DNA of 60,036 nt, counting the filler, from Sphacelaria rigidula (lineage: Eukaryota): assembly GCA_964200075.2 (NCBI GenBank). It is 10 parts of 10 records of this genome, joined end to end, with 100 filler letters (N's around TTAATTAATTAA, not from the genome) between each part and the next. Parts side by side here need not be neighbours in the genome. Positions count along the whole stretch, not along the records: positions 48,111 to 54,023 come from CAXNAA020023536.1; positions 54,124 to 60,036 come from CAXNAA020023537.1; 8 more parts are not named here. The stretch is one strand, 5' to 3'. Within the stretch, counting starts at the first letter, position 1; each line of letters begins with the position of its first letter. The notes under the pieces are model-generated. The model searched no databases. It had not been told where the DNA came from and saw only the letters and a program-made list of their open reading frames with translations. This document shows, in pieces, positions 49,988-60,036 of this stretch. Position numbers and translations under genes: made by a program.

Positions 49988-50272
49988 TTGGAGGCTGCCA
50001 TCCAAATGCAAAATAACCAATACCCTTCGGGCCAATCTTACCAGATGCAGCTCACCCTTCATGCGACTCGCTGAACACACCACGGCGCTTCGCGCGGGGT
50101 GGTTTGAGTGCGAGCCTGGTCCGGCGAAAACCCGGCGTGCTCCGTCCCGGCTTTGTAGGGATGCGAGGTCAATGGCCTGATGACTATGGCATGCAAAATC
50201 ATGAACACATCACCTCCTCCCCAATGGTCTGATGACTACGGCATGCATGATCATGAGCCCCCCCCCGCCCCC
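49988..50272 (+). mobile_element. Family B copy with tandemly duplicated 3' terminus
   Basis: Aligns to 2306-2546. The terminal motif occurs twice (~50160-50210 and ~50222-50266). Confidence 0.85.
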
Positions 50273-50300
50273 TCCCTCCTTTGTTTTTGGCCACCTCACA

Positions 50301-50572
50301 GCAACTCCACGGCCACAAGTGTAGGTGCAGGAATCACCCTCATCCCAGCACCAGACGCCACCGGCGGCGGCGGGCGGGGCGCAATGATACCGACATCTCC
50401 CCCTCCAACACACGGCAAGCTCTCCGGCACGGCAGCGGGACTAGGGGATGGTGTTTCTGCCGATCAGATGAGACCGAGTGCGGCAAGTGGAGGAGCCGGG
50501 CAGACCGCTGTCGTTACAGGAGTTGCGCCGAAAGGACGGGGCAGGGTCATTGAAGTCGATTTGTCCAATTGA
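50301..50572 (+). CDS. Possible terminal exon of an unknown Gly/Ala/Pro-rich protein
   Basis: Pyrimidine tract + cag at 50298-50300, then a GC-rich open frame to TGA ('...GRGRVIEVDLSN*'). No family recognised. Confidence 0.35.
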
Positions 50573-53500
50573 AAAAGAGAGGAAAATTTTGGGGTTACTC
50601 GACGTTAGTAAGTCCGATTGACGAAAACTCTCGGCTTGGTTAGTATGTGGAGACGGACAGAGTTGTCTTCGGTAGGGAAAGGGGAGGATATTGATTGTAC
50701 TGAATGGCCATTTAGTTTCTTCTGGCATATGTTAGCGATATCCTTGGTGTTTTTATGTGCGATGTTTTTTTTCTTTCCTCCCCCCTCCCCCCTCCCCGGT
50801 GCCCCGTGTGGATTGCGCCGTCCCGTATGTTCGTACCGAATTGACAACGCGTGTTCTTGTGTTGGGTTGTTTCGGAATGCCGTTTATTCGTCTGGCCGTG
50901 TGTATTTGCTTTGGCGTTGGACGACCTACGCGCGGTGTGTCTCATCTTACTGTAGGTCACGCGGCCATGTTCATGTGTGTTTTGTCGCGTATTATTAATC
51001 ATTCGGGGGTTTAATGCTGCACCGCTTTGCTGTGCTGTGAGGAGAAGCAAAAAGGGCTGGCTGCACTGCTGCTGCTGCTCCTGATCTGTAAGATCATCTC
51101 CCCGCTCGCACCGAGGACGACTCGAACGGATGAATCTCTAGACTCGTCATACCAATTTACCATTATTCTCTTGAGGGTTCGTCGTGAGTCGCCATGCCAA
51201 ATGATGAAAAATGTGGGGAAATAAATGTGTGTGTGTGTCTCTCTTGATCACTGAAATGCGTTCCTTGATATCAAGGAGAGTCGCTGAAAGATGTGATTTC
51301 AAGAAGAAGGGCGATTTGTTTCCCACCAGAAAGATGCTTGTTTTCTACCAGGAAGTGGGGGAAAATGCACGCCTTGGTACGAAACAGTTTTTTTTTCTTT
51401 CCAATTTCACGAAGTGAAGGTGGTTTCTGCTGCGGGTAAAAATTGCAAGGATGTGTTCGGAGGAAATCGCGTTTTTTTTATTCTTACTCTGAGATCAACA
51501 GTAAAATAAATTTGACGCGATGAAGGGCAAAGGAAACAGCTGATGATCACGAGGAATCGAATCAGCGTGTTCGCGTTGCACAATACATCGTGTTCCTCCC
51601 TCAGCAGCCATTTTAAGGAAAAATCCGCAGTTTGAAATCCGTGAAACTTTCGCCACGGATTACGCTGTAAATCCGTAGCAGGAGTCGTAAAATGAATTTA
51701 TTCGAAGCGGTATGTACGCGGATCGAGTCCCTGTGTCGGTTACTTTTTTGTGTTCCCTCTTTTATCCATGTTTTTTGCTTGTTCTGGCGCTACAGTCTTC
51801 GATCCGTAGAACCACGGTTTTATCCGTACATATCCCTGAAAAAATCGATCAAGCGGTTTTTTGCGACTCCGTTCTTTCGACATGATTTTTGCGACCCAAT
51901 TCTTGGGATACTTCTTCTGCTAGATTTTTACACTCTAAAACCCCTATCGATTTCGTTTTGTGGGGATAACTTCGTCAAACAGACACCAAACGCATCCTTC
52001 TGCAAGGGGCACCTGGACACACAGCAGTTGCCGCTGCCTACCTAGTATCATCCTCCAAATCGAAGTCTTGAGTGGGAACGCCCAGCGTTTGGTGTCCATG
52101 TACAAGGAAGGATGATCTTCATCCAGTATCATGCCCCAAAACGTAGCTTACAAGGGGGCAACACCCCCGTGCAGACAGTAGCAATGCTAGCGGATCCCAC
52201 GTCCTGAAAATCTGTGGTAGTCTGGCAGCCGGCAAGGTGGGTATGGTAGTGCCCTTCTAACGATGCCAACTTACAGTGCACTGGAGCAGCAGAGTTTGCA
52301 GGTGAATATTTCGGCGATTGCCTCACCTGCAGTTCGCCCAGATGTTGCGGATTTTTTTCGATACCACATACATATAGTCGTCAGCATCAGAAGTTTTCAA
52401 AATTCGTAGTTGTCTTTTTTTTCTGAATTTTTCTCAAGTACCGTTCTTCACTACTACTTAGAAGTGCTAGCGCCGGTAGATTTAGGGGAAATGCGTAGGT
52501 CGCGCTCAAACTGCAGTGCTCACATTGGTGTTTTTGGGGCGATACGGACTTGATACTCCGTTTATCAGGAGGGTGTTATTGACCGTAAATTATCTAAGGA
52601 ACATAGTTTTCCTGCTTTAGCGCAGTGAGTAGGTGGAATTAAAAAAAAAAACTTTACTTATATGATCCGGATCGATTCGGTCCACCGAAAATACCGAAGA
52701 GCTAGAGCCTGGGGTCGTATTTTCGCGGGACCCCCGAAGATCGGTCAAGCCCATAAGTCGTTCATTATTGATTGCAGATGACTTTTCTTTCAATATTTGT
52801 CAAGAGGATNNNNNNNNNNAAACAAATTTGGACAATCTTTGAGAAACTAAGAAATTATGGACTCTGCATACTTCTGACGCTGACTACTGTATGGCAGGTG
52901 AAAATGTACCAGACCCTCCGTTACATTATCAGTCGAGATGCACCAGACCCTGCATTACATATGGAAATGTACCCGACCGTGGACATAAGATTTCTACAGT
53001 CAGTACGAACACGTTGTTGGAGGTGTATAGCGCAAAGTCAGTGTGTTGTCCCATCTATTCTGGACGCCGGTCTCTCCACCTTTCGGTATACGTGGGCGCA
53101 CCAGCCGCGGCTGTATTACCATACAGCTTCGCCCAAGATAGCCAGCCGTTACAAATGCGCAGGCGGCCCTTGACTTCTGCGTGCGCCACTTGGGGCAAAC
53201 GCACGCTGTAGCTGCAACACGGACAGCTTTACGAAATGTGACGTGGCAATATACTGTAGCCCGTAGCGAGGCGTAATATCCTGCGTACACGTTGGCCGCA
53301 GATACATGCGGCTGGATTCATGATGTGGTGAACTGCATAAGACAACGCGAAATCAATGCAGGACAGGGATAGGCTAACAATGTGACGTCCTGCGGGGTGC
53401 TTTGTCACCCTGAACTCTGCCGCTGTGCAGTGAGCAGGTAGTACCGCCGAACGCGCCACGCTGTGATTGGTACGTAGTGTTGGCTCCACACCCATAGGGT

Positions 53501-54197
53501 GACTAACCTCTGCATTGAACTACTGTAAATTAAAGACATTAAGCTAAACTAAACGCGCCGAGCGCGTTATTTTCGAGCAGCACGCGCGCTACTCGCCGCG
53601 CGTGCCTTTTCCGCGTGTTGCCAACATCGTACCAGCGTGCTTGTTCACTACATCGTTGTATTCCCCTGTAGCAGCCCGCCATGGCATCGGTCCTCATGTT
53701 TCATCACGCTTTATTCGGAAACACGCAGAAGAGATGCCAGCGAGTCCATCGTTGTTGCTCTTGGAGGTGTGGTGACTCACTTTTTTTTTCGATCCAGTAC
53801 TGCCGATGCTGCGTGCTGTACCAAATGGTGTACCGTACCAGTTAAAAAACAGATATATATATATATATATATATGCATGATGTAAACTCCACTGACATCC
53901 TCTGGTTATCATGAACAGTGTACGAGGCGCGGGAAGACTAGTTTTTGTCAAGGAATGTAAGGACGCAACCAACAATGTTTTCGTGAGATTGAGAATCTTC
54001 GATACGATTGAGAATAGGGTTGANNNNNNNNNNNNNNNNNNNNNNNNNNNNNNNNNNNNNNNNNNNNTTAATTAATTAANNNNNNNNNNNNNNNNNNNNN
54101 NNNNNNNNNNNNNNNNNNNNNNNGCCTGTCACCATCCGCCTGAGCGCGCGAAACACCCGCCCTCCCCCCCCCCCCTCCCCTCAGTACTGCCGCCCCC

Positions 54198-54238
<41 letters not shown>

Positions 54239-54419
54239 TCGCTTCTATCCCTCAGCCCCGTCCCCAACCCTCCACTGAGTAACCCTGCGGCGCCGAATCC
54301 CTCAGTTTGCAACCCTTCAGTGGGTAATCTGCACTGTGCAGACGCAGGCGCAGCGCACCGACCCACCCACACGAGATGGGATGGCAATCCTTCAATGGCT
54401 TCCAGCCACCACCTGCATC

Positions 54420-56390
54420 CAATTGTGAAGTCGCCGTCCGGCAAATATTGTGCACACGGTTGAAGGGCGATCAGTGGAGATCGTCAGGCATCCGGGCTGA
54501 CTTACAGTAGCGCGTATTTGTCTTCTGCGCGGATATACTCGGAGCATGGGTTAGGAAATTCGTGGCGTGTCACCGTTCGGAGGTGCACACGAGTCATGGC
54601 GGCAACATGACGGAAGCTGCGGCGACCCTGACTTCGATACGGCCTATCCACTCGAAATTAATGAAGTCTACACTCGTGAAGGTAGAAAGAAAATCATGAA
54701 CCTTTTTTGAAGGGGAAAGCCGCCGCGCTGAAGGTGAGCCCCGATTTGAAAACCATATCGGGGAGCGGCGTCTGACCATGGACGGTATGTTGTGCATAAG
54801 AATGGAGAGGCATCTCTGACCGGTGTCGCAGCGGCATGTAATCCATGTTCGTGTGTCCGCTGACCTATTCACCGAGGTTCCTCGCCAGGCGTGTTCATGG
54901 TCGTACACCTGCGGGTAAATAGCGCAGGCCACCACGTGAGGGTGGTGCCACAAAACGTCGAACAGTCGGAGCAGTGTACCGACCTGTATACAACACGAGA
55001 GAGCAACATACAACAGGACCATGTGACGGAAGCCACTCATACAGTACAGTATAGGGCAGTCATGCGTTGGGCAGCTAAATGCAGTGCAGTACAGTACGCT
55101 ACAGCACATGGCAGTACCCTATACCACAAAATAGTGGACAGTAAACGACAGTATACGGTACAATGTAGTAGAGTAGAAAACAGTAGAGTATCTTACACGA
55201 CAGCAGAGGGCAGTACAGTTGAGTACAAACGAGTACAGTAGTACACAGCAGCGCCGGGCAGTGCGGTACAGTACATCGTACTCCACATAGCGCGACAGTT
55301 TCCAGAACAGTACTCGTAGAGTAGACTACAATAGAGTACGGTACTCAGCACCTGAGGGTGGCACGCAACAGCGTATTAGTTGTTGTCATCGCTCGACAGG
55401 ACCCCGTGCCGGATCGAACCCCACCGTGAACACACCACAGGTCAGTACAGTGGGATACACTCGGGCGCAGTACACGACTGCACGGGGCAGCACACAGTGT
55501 GCTCTGTACTGTAGTCCAACAGTACATTGTACTGGACCGTGCACGACACTTTCCAGTAGATAGTGGTACATTACACGACTCTCGGATACAAAACGCAACG
55601 GCACAGGGCGGCAGGCGACAGTGTCATGTGTGTTCATATCCCATCACAGACCGCCCTGGACTGGGCACAACGGTGTGCAGCGGTGTAAAGTACAGAATGG
55701 TACAATCGAGTACAGCACACATGATCACAGAGCGGTGGGGTGTATCACACAGTTTTATACTGGAATTTATGTGCAATTTTCAAATTTCAGGCGACCCCAG
55801 TTTACCAGCAGACATCCTTGCAGTCAATCGCCTGAAACGAGGACGCAGCAGCACAAATCGAGGAAGTTATTTTTCAGGTAGGATTTAAAAGTCATGGACT
55901 GCACCATACACATCGTCCGGCCTTGGGTCGACTGGAGTGACCGCCACCCGTCAGCGTCCCATTACGTGCCGTTCCGGCCACGGGGAACTTATACAGAGCA
56001 AAAATATTCAGACCGGCCAACGCGGGAACTAAGCACCTTTTCATCCAAAAACTGGTACCCACGGTCCGCGCACTGAACACAGCTTTCCACCACCACCGTG
56101 TGTTGGCACTGTGCTCCTTCCTGTAGGGCTCACCTCCCGTGTGAGCAGCGAGCACTTTGCGGCTGGTGCTAGCTGATTTCATGGAAAAAGATTCTTGTAT
56201 GCGGGCATCGGAGGTATTATCTACTTTTTTCTTTTGGCGCAAGACTGGTCAAACGTTTTGGTGTCCTGAGCACACCCCAACGCGAACGAGCTGGCCCAGC
56301 CTAGAAACGGATCTAAGCTCTCTAAGCAATATCTCATCGACACGCACGAGTTGGGCCGTGATCCGCACATCGTATCAATCGTCTGATCAA
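54420..56390 (+). pseudogene. Possible heavily decayed PIF/Harbinger-like (DDE_Tnp_4) transposase
   Basis: Fragments in the expected order but in different frames: 'FENHIG...MDGML', 'FTEV..PG.VHGRT', 'GDP.Y' (~55790), 'RVSSEHF' (~56140), 'N...KQYL'. Separated by intron-like DNA. Confidence 0.3.
55030..55720. repeat. Degenerate (CAGTA)n-rich low-complexity tract
   Basis: Numerous 'acagtac' and 'agtagag' units. Confidence 0.7.
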
Positions 56391-56739
56391 AGGGAAGATA
56401 CCCGTCTGCTCAAAAGTCTGGGCCACTCTTTTCTCGTTGATGACGCCATGTCGAGTAATTAGCCGTACGAAGATAGGATCCATACTGAAGTCTATATGAA
56501 ACCCCGCACGATATATACAGCGGATGATGGCGATTTTTTGTGTGGACATTCCCTGGCGCACGTGGAAACGATTGATACCCTCACCTACACCTAATGCGTT
56601 ATCTATCTGGAGATTTAGTGCACGTAAGATTTCGTACTAAAATCAACATATTACGAGCAGAGGCATTGTACATGCACTACATCTCGATTTCGCGTCTCAG
56701 TTATTGAGAGTCGTGCTTTGAAATTTGGTAGGGAGAATC

Positions 56740-58070
56740 GCTACGAGCTGGGCCAGCTTAAAAGCGGCTGGAAGTTGCTCACACCACAGCTTTCCCAGTT
56801 TCCCGAATGGACCCGATGTAAGCATATCACTGTGAAGTGCAAACCAACCTGGTAACACACGGCACCGCCGCTGAATGAAGAAAAAAATCGAAAGAATATA
56901 CTGCATAATATATAGCCTCAACGACGGACGAAGAAAAATAAATCTGTCGGGATTCGAACTCATCACCTTCATAATTGGAGTCCCCCATCACATGAATTAT
57001 AGGGATGCAGCAGCGTCACGCAAAATGTTGCACGCACAGCCCAATTGGACGACTCTTGAGCTGGAATTTCAGGAAGACCTTCTGCAACCAAGGAAATGAT
57101 ATATCACGTGAGCAGCTGCAGATTCTCATTTTTTTCCTGGACTTACGGCGTTGTCTTGTTTTTGCTGAATTTCGGATGCCCATAACTTCCTCGTTTTTTT
57201 TTTGTTTCTATGCTGCTCACGTTATTTTCTGCATTTTAATAGTAAAAAGCTACTGCCAAAATTTCAGCGCCCAACTCCTTATATCACGCCGTGCGTTCCC
57301 TGAGCGAGATTCACACCTACTCTTGGCTGGCCCGGCTCGTGGGACAAAATAAAACAATTTGTTGGCTTCTAGATTATTATTTTTTCGTCTTTTAGGGGTG
57401 TTTTGAGGGAAAATAAACATTGCTCTTGTCCCTGATCTCAGTTTCTCAGTTTTTGGAATTGTGATTCGACACTTAGCATGGAGAATCGCAAAGGCATGCT
57501 GGAAAAAAGGAGGGGGGGCTTCAACTTTTCTTTCTTGGTACGACCTGGGCCAGCAGTAAATCCCACATTTGCATGTCACATAATAAGTTATCAAGTTTAC
57601 CAAATCAGCCCGGCTTGAGTGTATCGGTGTGATCTGCAGACCAACGTGGTAACGCACGGAACCGCCGCGGAATGAAAAAAAGTGAAGAAAAATGTACTGC
57701 ATAAAGTATCACCTAACCAACGGAACAAAAAAAGAGAATCCGTCGGGATTCGAACTCGTGACCTCCATAACTGGAGTCAACTACGTCACTTGGATTAAAT
57801 AAGCGCAGCCGTGCCACACGAGAAGTTGGATGCTGCGCCAAATTTCTGCATTTTGTGTCCAAAATTGCACCAGGATCTCCTCCACACAAGGACGCACAAC
57901 TATACTAGGAAAGTCCCCCGTATTTCTTTATTTTCACAGAGTTATAGCATTTTCGTAGTTTTTGCAGAAACTTCAAATCGCTCTAATTTGATTTTTTTTT
58001 CTTGGTATTCCCGGGGAGGTTGTGCGTAGTGATGATGAAAATATTATGCCAAAATTTCAGCACCCAACGC
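56740..58070. repeat. Two diverged direct copies (~796-bp period) of a repeat carrying a tRNA-like B box
   Basis: 'tgca.accaac.tggtaac.cacgg.accgccgc.gaatgaa', 'gtcgggattcgaactc' (~56946 and ~57742) and 'tgccaaaatttcagc.cccaac' each occur twice. Fragments also at 29893-29970 and ~40375-40420. Confidence 0.75.
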
Positions 58071-60036
58071 TTCGGATTACCCACCGCTCGGCCCGGATAC
58101 ATTCGTAAATCACTGTCAGCAGGCCCAGAAGAGTTAATGACGTTCTCGTAAAACGAATGGTCTTTACTATACTCAAACGCTCTCAACTCATGAACAGATG
58201 AATAAAAAAACAGTGACATTTTTGTGGATCATTATGCCCTCGCGAGGTCCCACAAAAGTTTCGAAGCACAAGTACCGAAGCTGGGTCGGTAAGTGGCCTG
58301 CAAAATACTGTTTCCGAGTTTCGACCGGCCCGGTTCCTCAATTTCCCCGCCTCACCTCACTTTTGAAGGTTGTACCTGTCAAATTAGGTACGGAAAATGA
58401 AAAGGGCATGATGAAAAATGATCGGGATGATGAGTTTTTTTCATGAGTTAACGGATATTTTACTCAAAACTGGATACTGATTATTACCTTTAGCTGATGA
58501 AAAAAGAACTCATCGTACCATTATTATGCCCTATTCATTCTCCGTACCATTTGAAACTCCGACTCTCAAAATTGAGATCAAGCGGGGCCTGCAACCTCCA
58601 AATCCGCGCCTGGGCTGGACCAGCTCGTGCGTCAAACGCGTTCGAAACATTTCTGAAACTTACCTGTATGCTTAAATCTTGTACCCGAGTAAGCGCGTCA
58701 AAAGTGTACTTACTCCCCGTGTTGGCGTTTCTCGGTCCTTGGAGACTACGCCTTCTCTACAGTCTGCAAGTTGAGGCGAGAGATGATCCTCGTGGGTTTA
58801 TTTGATTTGGTGCAGATGACGCGTACCAAACTTTCACCATTATCTGCAAGGACATCAAGGGACCGCACAGACTGGAATACGTGACCCAGGGCCTCGGATT
58901 TTATAAACCTCATTCTTGGAAATGGGGAAGGGGGGGGGGTACCCTTTTTCGCGGGATGGGTACCCTTCTGATCAGGTAGATAATGGCGATAATAGGTACT
59001 GTACTGTGCTCTACGCGCATGCACGGCTTTTCCCGGCTTGTGCGAGGCTTGTGTACAAGTTGTGTATGGTACGGCTGCACGGCAGGTGCTAGGGGTACGT
59101 CGAGCCTTGGTTGAGCAACATCGAGGCAAGTCGAGAAGAACGTGTCCGCAGATTCAGGAAGTGGCAATTGAAGCCAACCTGTGTAAGGTTCAAGTCTCTG
59201 TTGTTATTCGTGGGAACAGCATCATCGTCTCGACAGCATGCGGCACGATACATCAATCTGTCGAAAGAGTTTCAAACGGAGCCGTGGTTGTTGCAAGACC
59301 CGCCGCTTTTGTTTCAGTAAATCATGCCTGCATGAGTAAATAATACAGAACTGTGACATTTTGACTAGTTTCTTTAACGACACCATCTTCACGAGATCCT
59401 CCTTTGTCCCCTCTACAATACCTGTGTTGCTGTGCAGTATGATGGCGTTTAGAGAGTGCCCTTCGACACAGCTGCCCGAACGCGGGCACTGCCTATGCGG
59501 GCACCAGGCGATCATCCTTGAATAAGCTACAATTGGTTAATGCCATGAAAGTATTGCCAGAACATCTCCGTGCCCGTTGGAATTACGGTCAAGTCACACT
59601 AGTAGTGTACACCTTCGAGGTCACTCGGCAACACGTACTACTCGTCATACACTTTCCTTGATGGATACACAGAACGCCATCGGATTTCCGTGTTGAGTAC
59701 GCGGCCCTCTCCAGCATTGCGGCCTCAGTATTATAACACCTATCCCAAGGTCATTATCCAGCAATCACCTCGACTGAGTCATCATCCAACCGCCAAGCTC
59801 TCTTTCCCGTGGCCACTAGAACATCTGATATGCCCAAAATCCTCGGTTTTGGGGTGCTCGGGTACAGGCCAGCATTGTGGTGGTGAAGGTATCGCCCAAT
59901 TCCGTATCCTGCCGGAGAAACAGGAGGAATAAGGCTTTTGGGCACCATTATTCGATTTTCCTCACTCTCGATCGCCTCTGGGGGGGTGTACTCATGATCA
60001 TGCCTGCCATAGTCATCAGACCATTGACCTCGCATC

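Noticed and set aside
50176..50256. Hammerhead ribozyme (CTGATGA core) in the family B end
   Set aside because: No stem II followed by GAAA, and other copies read CTTATGA or CAAATGA.
5915..54123. Regularly spaced TTAATTAATTAA motif as a biological repeat, and any gene-neighbourhood system across the window
   Set aside because: It is an artificial linker flanked by N44. The contigs are length-sorted and unrelated.
56900..57000. tRNA gene
   Set aside because: Only a B-box/T-arm-like piece; no acceptor or D stem could be folded.
59222..59515. hAT transposase remnant ('CVEGHSLN' resembling CxxHxLN)
   Set aside because: A single short motif, with no supporting 'TRW' or dimerisation motif found.

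Overview
This window is not one locus. It is ten unrelated contigs of 5913-5914 bp (1-5914, 6015-11928, 12029-17942, 18043-23956, 24057-29970, 30071-35984, 36085-41997, 42098-48010, 48111-54023, 54124-60036) joined by an artificial 100-bp linker (N44-TTAATTAATTAA-N44), so nothing can be inferred across linkers. The DNA is eukaryotic, intron-rich and repeat-rich; exon style and protein matches suggest a stramenopile, probably a brown alga (inference). Most ORF-track entries are spurious. Host genes recognisable by phase-consistent GT-AG exons: NOC4 (3 exons), homomeric acetyl-CoA carboxylase central region (6 exons), class 2 dihydroorotate dehydrogenase (1 exon) and a beta-propeller-like exon. 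The rest is decayed mobile DNA: an RTE-type LINE, a Ty3/Gypsy element, three Ty1/Copia fragments, an intron-containing DUF7869/Sola-like transposase, MITEs/foldbacks and a 113-bp satellite. The most interesting signal is two different interspersed families, one a LINE 3' end and one apparently non-coding, that share a structured ~75-nt 3' terminus followed by oligo(C). They sit in C-tracts, including each other's tails, and lie in sense orientation just upstream of 3' splice sites. All protein assignments are motif recognition from memory, not database searches.
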